The notes beneath the pieces are model-generated. The model had not been told where the DNA came from, did not search any database, and saw only the letters and a program-made list of their open reading frames with translations. A DNA stretch of 64,000 bases from Vicugna vicugna (taxonomy: Eukaryota). Positions 1-11,900 of the stretch are shown one piece after another (positions within the stretch are counted from its first letter, which is position 1; each line of letters opens with the position of its first letter). A program made the translations under genes and the position numbers. Location: contig MU058206.1 of the NCBI GenBank assembly GCA_013265495.1, forward strand, positions 1 through 64,000, in the 5' to 3' direction.

Positions 1-1194
1 GTTCCAAGGGACTGCTACCCGGCATCCATCACTGCTGACAGACTGGGGCTCCGAGGTGGGGGTGGGGATGCCAGGCCTGGAGCTGCCCGGAGATGCTTCT
101 GACCCCACCCCAGCCACAGAGGGGCATCCGAGGGCAGCCAGGGCCTGGGCTGGGTCTCAGGGAGAAGCACGGGGATATCCAGGCAGGTGTTGAGTGGTGA
201 GGAGTGGTCTTCTAGTGGTCGAGGGGGTAGGAGGCAGTTGGAAAACAGGAAGAACATTGAGGGCAGAAGAAAGGCTTGGGCAAGTGAGGACTGGGCTGGA
301 AGGGAACTGAGAGATGAGGCTGGCGACTCGGAGCAGAGATACACAGCATAGTGCCCCGAAGCTTCATCCTAAGGTTCCCAGAGCGAGACAAAGGCGACCT
401 GAGGCTTCGCTTGAAGAACTGCTGTGATCTTAGCCGTCTGAGTCTCCGCAGCTCAGGACCTGTAGTAGAAAACTGTCATCCCCAGGCAGAGGCACTCTTG
501 GGGACCTTCCTCTGACACTGTCTTGGTCCAGGCGCCCAGGACCTAGGAGTGTTGTCTGCCATTCATTACCCTCCACAATGACAAGTGTCTATCAGGGACA
601 CTCCCCTGGTACAGGGGTTGGCAGGGCCTCCATTCTCTGGACAGGAACGCCCACTGTGTTCCCCCATCCTCCACCAGAGCATCTCACTACAAAGAGAGAT
701 TTTCAACCCTGGAAGGCCCCCGATGTGTCTACCCCACATCTGGGCAGCAGCGTATGAGGCCAGACCCACCAGGCTGGAGGGGAGGGCAGCGGTCCGGCCC
801 GGCTGTCAGAAGCTGGGCAGGGTCCAGTCAGAGTAGGGCTGGGGGCTGGAGGGGGCCCGGCTTGAGCTCCAGAAATACCTCCTGCAGGAATCCATGAATG
901 AACAACTGTCCTGCAGCCTCTGCAGAGGGAGGCCCGGGCCGGCGACAGAAGGAGATGAATGGAGAATACAGTCCACAGTGAGGCACCACCAGCCTCTTAG
1001 CTGCTCTGGCCAAAAGCCCAAGTGCCATCTCCACTCCTCCCTTTGACCCTCAGCCACATCCAGTGGTCAGCAGGGCCTGCTGGCTCTAATTCTAAACCAA
1101 GCTCAGAATCGGGCTCTGTCTCCACTGCCGCCAGCGGCTGTTAGCCCGACACTGCCACGGCCCAGGTCCGGCCTTTCCTGGCAGCCTCCACGCT

Positions 1195-1640
1195 GGCACC
1201 TAGAATCCATTCTCCACACAGCCGCCAGATCTTTCAAACACATAAATCAGATCCAAACCCTCTAGTGGTTTTCTATCACGTTTAGCAGAAAGATCAACCT
1301 CCTTGCCTTACCTCACAAGGCCCTATATGATCTGGCCCCTGGCTACCTCCCTCGCCCCACCGCTGGCCAGTTTCACCCCATTCACTCTGGTCATCTTGCT
1401 CCTGCTCAGTGTCTACCAAGCTCATGCCTATTTCTGGGCCATTGCACTGGCTGCTCCTCTTGCCCAGAATGCTTTCCCTTGCGGCTGACTCCTTCTTGGC
1501 CTTCCAGTGTCAGCACAAATGTCACCTCCTCAGAGAGGCCCCCCATGCCTACTCCATCTGTTGCAGTCCCCCCAGCAGTTTTTATCACATCAATTTACTT
1601 TACTGTTTTCAAACTCTTAAGACTACCTGACAAATTCTCA
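1195..1640 (+). mobile_element. L2 LINE 3' region fragment (ancient)
   Basis: L2-like motifs: 'aatccattctccacacagc..cagatctttcaaacacataaatcagatc', 'caaggccctatatgatctggcccct', 'aaatgtcacctcctcagagaggcc'. Boundaries are approximate. Confidence 0.7.
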
Positions 1641-1802
1641 CATTACTTGCTTAAAAATCTGTCCCCATCACAGAGTCCGGTCCCCCAAGCCTTCTCTGCA
1701 CTGTCTGCTGTTTTCCAGGGGTGTCTGCGTCTGTTCCAGCATCTGAGGTTTGAATGAGGGACTCAAAAGGCAGGGCTTGCCACCAGCTTTTCCTCGTGGA
1801 AT

Positions 1803-1928
1803 CTTCTTCTTCCTCTTCTCCTTCTTCCTCCTCCTCTTCCTCTTCCTCCTCCTCCTTCTTCCTCTCCCTCCTCTCCCTCCTCTTCCTCTTCTTCCTCTTC
1901 TTCTCCTCCTCCTTCTCCTCCTCCTTTT
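1803..1928 (+). repeat. (CTC/CTT)n polypyrimidine low-complexity tract
   Basis: About 125 bp of C/T only. It explains the poly-E/K, poly-S and poly-L ORFs in the track. Confidence 0.95.
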
Positions 1929-2295
1929 CTATTTTGTAGAAATGTTTATCGTTTCCATGTCTTTCCCTCACAATTGGACAGCTGCCCCTCCATGGCCTTT
2001 CCGTCCTCTTCACAGACCTTCTCTCGCCCCACCTCATCTGGCCCCACCTCATCTTGCCCCACTGCCTCTGCCAAGCAGGAAGCCTAGGGCCAGAGCTGTG
2101 GTGGGAGGGCAGTCACCAGAGGGTGGTCCCTCCCAGCCTGGGTTCTCTGTGGCTTTGTAATGGGACAGGTGTGGCTTGTGGGTTCATGGAGCTGGTGGGG
2201 AGGGGCATCCCAGCAGTGTCCAGGAGTCTAGCCCCATCCACGCCACCACACCCCTTCTCTGTCCCCAGGGAGGAGGAGCAGAAAAAGACTGTTTT

Positions 2296-2840
2296 CAAGA
2301 CATGGAAGCAACCTGTCATGGAAGAAATCTGTCCATTGACAGATGATTGGATAAAGAAAATATGGTACATATATCCCATGGAATACTATTCAGTCATAAA
2401 AAAGAATAAAGTAATGCCATTTGCAGCAACATAGGTGGACCTGGAGATGGTCAGACTAAGTGAAGTAAGTCAGACAGAGAAAGACAAATATCACATGATA
2501 TCACTTATATGTGGAATCTAAAAAACAATGACACAAATGAACTTATTTACAAAACAGAAACAGGCTCACAGACATAGAAAACAGACTTACGGTTACTGAA
2601 GGGAAAGGAGATGGGGAGGGGTAAGTTGGGAGTTCAGGATTTGCAGATACAAACTACTATATATAAATTAGATAAACAACAAGGTCCTCCTGTATAGCAC
2701 AGGGAACTATATTCAATACCTTGTAATAGCCTATTATGAAAAGGAATATATATGTATAACTGAATCACTATGCTGTACACCAGAAATTGACACAACATTG
2801 TAAACTAACTGTACTTCAATTTAAAAAAAAATGGAAAAAA
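2296..2840 (+). mobile_element. 5'-truncated L1 (end of ORF2 + 3'UTR + A-tail), artiodactyl/camelid type
   Basis: Encodes the L1 ORF2 C-terminal motif 'KTWKQP..CPLTDDWIKKIWYIYPMEYYSVIKKNKVMPFAAT', followed by an L1 3'UTR and an A-rich tail. Degenerate 16-bp TSD: agaaaaagactgtttt (2280-2295) / agaaggaggctgtctt (2841-2856). Confidence 0.92.
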
Positions 2841-4637
2841 AGAAGGAGGCTGTCTTGGGAGAGAGGATCTCCCTCCCAGCTAGGGGGTGGCCGGGGTAGC
2901 CACACCCTGCAGGGCCACTGTCCGCTAGGCCAGGAAGTCCTTCTAATCTAGTATCCAGCCACTCTGCTGCAATCTGAGCTCTCAAGTGACCTGAGTGACC
3001 CTAATCTTCCCTCAGGATTTATTTCTGGTCCCCAGACGCCACTACAGTGGAAACTGGAGGTCAGGGGTCAGGAGAGGGGAAGCCAAGTTCATGTCTTTGA
3101 TGCTTAGAGGACAGGGCCAGCAAGGAACAGCTCTTATCTACAAGTAGCAGTGGGGCCAGACGGGAGAAACAAATCCCCATTTTCTGGATGGAAAAACTGA
3201 GGCCTGGAGGGTTGGTTTTACATATCTAAAGCTGAGGGACCAGGTTCCTCCTGCTGCTCCTGCCTGCCCCAAACCCCAGGGGTCCCAACGCAAGCTTCCA
3301 CCACAGACTTGAGCCCCAACGCCCCTGCCATCCCCAGCCAAGAGTATCCCCTGAGATTTCTGATGCTCCCTTTGCTTCTTCCTCTCTTCTCCTCTTTCCC
3401 CTCAGGAGGGTTGGGCTTCTGGAGGAAGCTGGTGACCTTTGATCCTGATGGTGGCTGCTGCTGGCTCCACCCTGTGTCCGCACCAAGGGGCAGGTTTTGT
3501 TCCTTCTCTGAGCCCCAGTTCCTCCATTTGCATAGTGAGCCCAAGGGTCTCTTCCAACTCTGCAACTGCTGATTCTGTGAAACCCATCTAGCTGGAGATC
3601 TGGGGGAGGGGCCAATGTCCAGACACAAGCATGGGGCGTGCCCACAAAGGGAAGCTGGGTGGAAGCTGCAGTTCCATTCTGAGACCTGTCACCTTGGCCA
3701 CTCTCTGGTCCTCCTCATTGTATTTCTTTGCTGACTCCATTCTTCCCCAAGCCCAGCCCTGCTAACTAACTGGCAGTAGGAAAGCTGGAGAGAGGGCGTG
3801 GGAAGCAAGCAGCAGAAGGGAAGGAGGACCCCTCCCCACCAGTCACCTCCCTATCCTGCTCTAGTGTCAGCCATTGCCTGTCAAACCCCTACCCACTGTC
3901 AACTGAGGAAGGAGGCATGGCCCCATTCTGGGCGCTACCACTTACTGGGAGCCTCAGTCTAATGGCGGAGGCCCAGCCCCGGCGCTCGGGTCCTCTTGAA
4001 AGCAGAGGTCTCCTTGGCCTAAGAATCTCTTCCCCGAGGTCTACTGACGTCACATGAAGACTGATGTTGCTCCAACACCAGGAGAGACTTGGCAGCTGCC
4101 CCAGCTCCTGGGGGCTCAGATAGGGTGAGACAGGGGTCTGAGACCACCCTGTGAGTGAGGCACTAAGGCTGTTGGGGGTGGGATAAGCCCACTCTTGGGG
4201 GCACCAGGAAAGGGGCAAGGAGCCCAACAGGTTGAATTTCTGAAAAATCTGCTAGGATCAAGCATATTTTCCCAGCCATCTCGAGTGTGGTTTTAAATGG
4301 AAAACACAGCCTGTCAGGGCAGAAGCATGTTTAGATGAAGAGAGCCCTCTCCCTCCCCTACTGCTTTTTTTCTGCTGAGGCAAACATGTGATTATATTTA
4401 TTTCGCAGGCCTGGGAGGCCTGATTGCCACCCCTCCCCTCTGCCCAGCTGGGGGCATGCAGATCTAGGCTCTACCACCAGTGGCTTCTTCCCCAAGGAGC
4501 CTGGGTGGGGGGTGGAAAGTTGCTGGGCTCACAGAGGGGAAAAAATCTGGGTTCAAGCCTCTGCTTTGGGGGACTGGATCAACCCTGGCAAGCCTCAGTT
4601 TTCTCCATCCATGAAATAGAGGTGATCAGATCCCACA

Positions 4638-5152
4638 CGGTAGCCAGCCTCCACTGTGATCCCCACGAACCTCACCTCCTGGTTTTCATGTTCGGAGTTC
4701 CCCTCCCACACAGAATAGGTTCAAGGGGTGTAAGCAACAGAATACTGCAGAAATGACAGTGTGTGACTTCTGAGGTCAGGTCACAAAAGACGTGGTTTCA
4801 TCCTTATTCTTTCCTAGATCACTTGCTAGGGGGGAACCAGCTGCCATGTTGTAAGGACACTCAAGCAGCCATGGAGAGGCCATGTGCCGAGGAGCTGAGG
4901 CCCCCAGCCAACAGCCGACACACCAGGCGAGTAGCCATCCTGGAAGTGGACCCTCCAGCTCCAGCCAAGCCTTCAGATGACTGCAGTGACACCTGACTGT
5001 GACTTCTCAAGAGACCACTAGCCAGAAGTGCTCAGCTTAGTTGCTCTCAAACTCCTAATCCTCAAAAACTATATGGCTGAATAATTGGCTGAAATTATTT
5101 AGGCCTCTAAGTTTTAGCGTAAATTTGTGGTACAGCAACAGATAACTAATTT
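4638..5152 (+). mobile_element. MaLR solo LTR (MLT1F-like)
   Basis: MLT1 hallmarks: 'cagctgccatgttgtaaggacactcaagcagcc', 'gaggagctgaggcccccagccaacagc', 'ccagccaagccttcagatgactgcag', and the end 'aagttttagcgtaaatttgtggtacagcaacagataactaat'. Subfamily is from memory. Confidence 0.8.
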
Positions 5153-7399
5153 ACCCCATAGTCCCTTGTCCTTCTGACTTGGACCCTATCTGCAACTGCC
5201 CTCCTCACCCCCTCAAACCTGCCTTCCACAGGTTGTGGAAAAGGTTAGATGAGATTGTGACTTTGAAAAGCCCCTTTCAAAATGTCCAGTGCTGTATAAA
5301 TGTGAAGGTTATTAGATATGAGCTTTTTCCAGCACTGCCTCCGCCCACACCACCCCCTGCACTCTCACATGCTTTGCTGCTGTCCAGGGCTTACCTTAGT
5401 TTCCCCGCCAACCACCCAGAAGTCTCCTCCTTTTCATCTCTGCCTTGCTTGCTCCTATTCACCCTTCTCAGCCCAGCTTAAGTGTCATTGACTCCGTGAA
5501 GCCCTCTGCTTCTTCCCCTGGTGAATTAATGCCTCCAGCTACTTCCTGGTGCCGTAACTGTCCTTGTCACCCTATTTATGTCTGCTTTTATATCTACCTC
5601 CCCGGTGGACCATTTTATTCACTTCTGTATGTAGGCATGTAGTAGGCACTCAGTAAATGCACATTAGCTTTGCATTCCCTGCTATTCATTCTAGTCCTAC
5701 TTAATAGAAGTTTGCTGTTTTACCTAGCTATCCACAAACACTTCTTTTTCCAAATAAGTTGTCAAGATTCACTCCCACCTCCCTAAAGAAAATCTCCATC
5801 AATTACCTGCCCTCTGCAAAAAGCGTGACTGTGGTCTGGCACTCAGCCTCTCTCCTAGGGCCTGAGACAGACAAGAGAGGCATGGGGAGGGGTGCAAGTT
5901 GGTCGGAGCTCCAGCAGCCCCCCACAATGGGGAATTGGCTCTGGCTCCACTGTTGTGAGGATGGGGGTCCAGGAGGGTCAGTGTTTGGTTTTCTGGCATT
6001 TCATTTATGCCTTGGAAGTTGGCGTGGGCTGTCAGGGGATCTGGGGAGGGAAGCCAGGCTGGTAGCAGGGGGTGGCTCCATGAGTGGTCCCTGACATTTC
6101 ATTGGCTTCCTCCCTGAGCTGAGGGCAAGATCAAACATCAAACACAGTCCGGTTGGTGCCTGGGCTAATGGAGCTGGGCAAGCATCTTCCAGATGTGTGC
6201 AGCTGTTTTTCCCCACTTCCCATCCAGTCTTGGGTTGGAGAATCATGTCAGCTGCTCTGGGGGTCTCAGGTCCCCAGGTTTGGGGTTGAGAGGGCAGGCC
6301 TTCCTTTCTCTCACCTGTGACCACAGTTCTCCATGGATGGAGACACTTACACCTTCCTCCCTTCCTGTCCTTCTATCTAAAGATTCCTTTAGTGCACTAT
6401 CGACTGGAAGTTCTTCTCGTTGTGTAACCTGCATCCTTCCTGCTGTAAGAATATCTCACGGGACTAGAAGAAGGTAAAAGGGGAGAAACTCTCTTAGGCA
6501 GAGAGGAAGGAAAGGGAGAGGCTCAGGATGATTTGACAGGGGGAAATGTGCAGAGATAATGAAATATGTGAAGCTCAAGTTAATTTGAAAATGGGAGCAC
6601 TCCACTTCCAGGCACTCAGCCGTCAGAGAGGATATCAGCCTCTTAGCCGCCCAAGTCCCTCTTCCCAAATGCTATAAACTTCTAATAAGGATGTAATACA
6701 ATTGAATTTATTACAGACTTAATTGTTTACAGAAATTTACCCAGTTGCAGACATGGACCAGGAGGACTGACCCAGTGGGAAGATGGGAGAGCTGGAGAAA
6801 TAGATGAGGAAAAGGACAAAGAATGGAGGATGAAGGAGAGACAGGAAGAGAAAAGGGGGTGCCCGTGGGGTAAGTGTGTGGGCTGCTTCTGCAGGAAGGC
6901 TTGCTGGATGGATCAGAGCTGTGGGCTGGCTTTTCTGGCGGAGCCCTAGCTGGATCTAGAACCCTCCAGGACCTTCTGCTCTACATCATCTTCTCCTTGG
7001 CTGTCCACTGCCTCCCCTAACACAGAGAGGCATACCCTCGTTCATTCATTCAACAAACAGGAGCAAGGGCAGGCGTCAGGCACTGGGGATTCACCAAAAT
7101 GGTGCCCAACATCGGAGTGCTCCCAGTCTAAAAGGCAGAGGCAGAGACAGGCGCAGACTTAGTCTACAACACTAGGACAATCGAGGAACCACAGAGCCTG
7201 CTGGGTAGTAGGTAGCCAATGAATGTTTGTTGAATGAATAATGTGGACATACTGCTGGGAAGCAGAGAGGAGAAGGGGGCCCATTGTGGAAGTCGGCCAG
7301 GTAGCACAGAGGGGCAGCATTTGGACTCTGAGCTTCTGGAAAGCAGGGGCTGTGCCCTAGTCATCTTTGGATTCCTCCATCCAGCTCAGCCAGCAGAAT

Positions 7400-7860
7400 A
7401 TGGCTTAACATAACTGAATTTCCCAGAGTAGGGTACAGTGTGAGGGTCAATATCTAGGTGAAGCTAGGTGAGGGTGCTGTTTGTCACCACTGAGCACCTC
7501 TTGGCTCTGCTTTCTTCTTGTGTTGGTTTTATCCTCAGTCAGGCTCTCCCCAAAGGATGGTAAGAAGGCTCACAGTATTCTAGCTTGGCATCCTAGCACA
7601 AAGCAAGCACTTCTTTCCTTGTGGCCCCAAAGAAAGCCCAGTGCTGACTCTCAGTGGGTGGATTTAGTGATACACACATCCTTAAACTAATCACGTGGTT
7701 AGGGGTATTGTATACACTAATTTACCAGGCTCTGATTACAGGACAATTCCCAGAGTGGGAGGAGGGGTGAAGGTAGTGTGAAAGTAAGCTTCTCCCCCAC
7801 AGAAGAGTTGGGAAGAGGAGGTTTCCCATAAGCTAATAAGGGCAAAGTGGTGCTGAGCAA
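7400..7860. mobile_element. Degraded ERVL-type LTR (LTR33-like)
   Basis: Motifs such as 'ctctgctttcttcttgtgttggttttatcctcagtcaggctctcccc' and 'catccttaaactaatcacgtgg' resemble LTR33. Flanked by L2 tail fragments. Confidence 0.45.
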
Positions 7861-8639
7861 CAGATGTCCATGACAAATGAATACATGAATGACTGGATAA
7901 ATGAATTGGGCCTTGAAGGGTGAATAGGAGTTCACCAGGTACAGAGAACAGAGGAGGTCACTTTATATGTATGTGTCGACACACAGAGTCTGATTTTACA
8001 TTCTGTTTTATTTTCACCCCTGGCTGCCCATCCATGCCCATCCCCATCTGTGTGTCTGGATCACCCTGGAAGCCCCAGAGGGCAGGGACAATGTCTGCCA
8101 TACTCCATCTGGGCACTGCCCAGGCCTGTCCATTTAGACACTTAATCAAGGTGGTTTGGGCTCTGCAGCTGCCCTCCCCTGCAAGCAGGTTTCTCTCTCC
8201 CTCCTCCAGGCAATCGGGGCTTGGCCAGGCCGATGTCCAGTCCTGGAGAAGGGGCTGGAAACAGTGAGGAGCCTGAGACCTAAGAAGGGGGTGATCGGGA
8301 AGTCCCTGCCACAGTCTCTCCTGTTCATTTGGGCTTCTTCCCTGCCCCTAACGGCATCAGAATGTCCTTAAAAAGTCACTTGTGAATTGTAAACATAATA
8401 TTCTGACATTAAAGGAGGCTTTTTTAAAAGGAAAAAAACACAATGGCTCCCTTCTGGTTCTTGGACACATGGCATACTGAATTTAGACAGAGTTGCAATT
8501 CCACTTTGTCCTCCTTACTCCTCTCCCCGGGCTGCCCCTTGCGTCCTAGGGGAGTGTTTAACGACTACATGAAGGGCATCGCCTTCTTTGACGCCCCCGG
8601 TCCTCCGCCAGTGGCTGTTCAGGCTGCTGTTGGTTCATC

Positions 8640-8970
8640 TCCTTCATTCATTGATTCTTTTATCCACACGTTCATTTACCCACAGTTACTGAGTACTTGC
8701 TGCACAGGGCCGTGCTGGGCAAGGAGGCCACCAGATGGTTAACAGACACACTCGCTCTCCTCCCCGAGAGGCTCGGCATCCAGACGGAGAGCGAAGGCCA
8801 CCACCGACCGCGCCACAGTGTGATGGTGATGGGGGTCTGGAACGCGCAGGGTGCCTGAGGTCCCCATGGGTCACATAGGCTGGGACAAAATGGAGGGCTT
8901 CTAGGAAGAGGCGATTCCTGTGCTGAGTTGTAAATGAGGAGGAGGGAGGTGGTTCTAAATGGGGACACAG
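8640..8970 (-). mobile_element. L2 3' end fragment
   Basis: 'ttcattcattgattc...cacagttactgagtacttgctgcacagggccgtgctggg' is the antisense L2 tail pattern. 'ggagggcttctaggaagaggcgattcctgtgctgag' follows. Confidence 0.6.
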
Positions 8971-11900
8971 CGGGGTGATGAGGCTGGAGAAATAGAGAGG
9001 GGCGATAAGTCTCATGGGCTTTGGGTTTTTTCCTGGCTGAGTTCTTTCCCCTCCCCTGCTGCCATGTCTTCGTTCACTTGTTTGACCATTCAGGCAGCTC
9101 ATTCACTCTTGCCTGCCTCCCTTGTGTGGAGCCCAACAGAGACCTTCTGTAGAGACTCAGTGGAGCTGCCAGCAGCCCTGCCTCAGGCTCTGGGGTGTAT
9201 GCGGCGAGTAGGGGAGGGGAGGGTCAGGGGACCCAAGGGGCAGGAAGGGGTGAGGGGGCATTTTTTAATTTAGGAGGTAAGGCTGAGTTCTGCTCCCTGA
9301 GATCCAGAGTTGGGCTGAGGTTGAGGGTCACATCATAGGCACCCCCATAAAGCTCAGGTGAATCTATTCCTCCTTTGCTGGTCCACTGAAGGAGGGGCCT
9401 CCAAGGAGGTCTGGGGGCGGGGGAGGGACCTCAAAAGGCAGAGGAAGGAGAGAAAAGTCGCCGGGGAAATTACACGTTTCCGAAGCTGCCTGGGCTGCAG
9501 TAATGAGAACCAGAGAAAGGGCTAATGGAGATCAGATTGCCAGGGGGCTGGCTCCCAGCAGCCCGCTCCCCAGCCTGCTGGAAGGAGAGGCCCAGGGACA
9601 GGATGTGGCTGGGAAGGGCCACTCTCCCCACCTGGTCCAGGCCTTAATCTCAGCTAGAGTTGACGCGATGGAAGCTGGAGGAGGAAGACCAGGTGGACTG
9701 TATCCAACGGGAGGCAGCTGGAGGTGGGGGGTGGAGTGGGGAGGAAGCAGAGGCTGGCTGGCGTCAGCCCCCGTGGCCATGGGCTCCAGAGGTCGACAAC
9801 CTGCCCTAAGCCCCAGGCCCTATGGCCATACAGGGCCAGGGAGGTGCACTCAGGAGCAGAAGGGAACCTGGGCTGCACCCCCCACCCCGAGAGGGATTCT
9901 CAGCCCACCCGAAGAGACTCGACCCCTGAAGCCCCCACACTGGAGCCGGGACAGGGCCGGTGAGGGGGGAGCCGAGCTGGAGCCGCAGCCTGGTGAGCTG
10001 GGAGGCTGGGGCCATGGTCCACCTGCTGCAGAAGACTGTGTGTCCACCTGGGGGCGCTCACAGCCGGAGGGTGTGATGAGGAAGGAAACCCAGCCCTGCT
10101 ACTAGGACTAGCTCTGCCACTACTAGTACTGCTAGTAATCACGACCGCCGTCTAGAATTGAGTTCTCATATCGGGCCAGACCCCTGGTTAAAAGTTTGGT
10201 GATGATTTAACTTCGTGTCGTCTTCACAACCACCCCAGGAGGAGGAAAGGGCTGACGTTACCACGATTTTGCAGGTGTGGAAAGAGGAGGCAGTCGTCTG
10301 CCCAAGGTCACGGCGCTCGACAGAGCCCACCCAACACTGGCCTCCCAGGCCTCAGCTCCAGCTGGCCCCGCGATCTGGACCCCAAGGGACCTAGGCCCCC
10401 GGAGCCTGAACCCTCTCTCTCCCTGTGTCTCTGTCTGTCTCTAGGCCTCTGCCTCTCTCTTCTCTCTCTCATCTCTTCTTGGACTTGGTCCTTCTCTCTG
10501 TGCCTCTGCTTCTGCCTCCTTCCTCCTTCCTGTCCCTCTCCATCTCTGTCTCATGCTCCCCTCGGCCAGGCCAACGTCCAGCAGGGCACTTTGTTCAGGA
10601 AGGCAAGGAGCAGAGCCCCCGGGAGGCTGGCTTGCTCTTGGCCTGGGTCCCTTCCTCCTGGCAGGGAGCCAGCGCCATGGTCTACTGCTGGGGGCTGCCA
10701 GGGCACTTGGGTGGGGCACAGAGGCCACATGACTTCTCGAAGGAGAGGATGCCCGCAGCCTGGGAGGGGAGACACTGGGGGATGTTGGCGTGAGGCAGCT
10801 GGACACAAGGCAGGACAGCCCTGGAGCAGCTCCCCGGGTGTCTGGCAAGGGTCACGGTACAAGGTGGGGATGGAAATGTCCCTCCCACCTGCCCCTCCCT
10901 GTCACTCTTTTCCCTTCGACCCTTCTTTTTTCTCATCTTTCTTCTCCCTCCTTTTTCCCTCTTTTCCCCTCCTCTCCCCTTCTCTTCCCCCCATTCCCTG
11001 CACTCATCCTAGGGCTTGCATTTTCCCTGTCGTTTCTTTCTCTATTTTCCCCTTTCCCCATCCCTCCTCCTCCTCCTTCTCTATCGATCAGTCTCCCCAG
11101 CTCTAGCCAACACAGAGGCCTTGGACGGTGCTCACAGTCTTGCTTTAAATTTATTGCCCAGTAAAGGAGGCGGCAGATGGAAGTCTCTGCACCCCACCCC
11201 CACCCTCCATGTTTCCTCATCTCGACAAAAGCCAATCTAGACATGAATGTCGTCCATCAAATGCACCAATATGGGGTTATTTATAGGCTGCCCCCTTCCA
11301 AGAAAGCTGAGTGTTTTTCCTTCCTCTCTCTCTTTTCTCTTTGAGCTTTCACATCTCAGGAGCAAGGGATTCGATGTTTGAAAAGCCACACAATGAGGTT
11401 CCCATCCCTCAGATTCTAGGGTAGGGGGACGCAGAAGTGTCTTGATTGAAAATGAATTAATTAGAAGTGAGGCTCTTCAAGTCTCCGAGTTGAGTTATTT
11501 ATAGTGTTCAGTTAATTTTGATAATTAACACTGGGGAAGAAAAGCGAGTTCCGGGCAAGGCAGTGCCCGCCAACAGAGACACGCTTCCCGCCCCTTCGGT
11601 TACCCCTCCCCACGCTGCTCCACTTGGACTCTGTCAAAATAGGCTACTCCCTGCTGCAGAGTCCCTGGTTTTTCTAAAAGTAGAATGAAGGAGGTAAGGC
11701 CAAAGGCACGGGGGCTGCTTGGGTGAATATCTGTTTCTGAGAAGTGGGGACTCAGACTCGGGGGGATCGGGGTCAGGTATCCCATTCACCTCACGTCAGG
11801 CCAGCCCCCCTCTTCTCTCCTGGCCAAACTTCTTTCCTGAAGCAGCAGGTGCCAGGCGGCTTGTCTGGGCTGCACTCTGTACTGTGGCTCACGGAACCGC

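Noticed and set aside
1651..2160. Poly-E/K, poly-S and poly-L ORFs
   Set aside because: Translations of the CT-rich simple repeat.
8550..8630. Coding-looking stretch 'GVFNDYMKGIAFFDAPGPPPVAV' after a possible acceptor
   Set aside because: No good donor site, no recognised homology, and it runs into an L2 tail. It may be a regulatory element, but it is unsupported as an exon.
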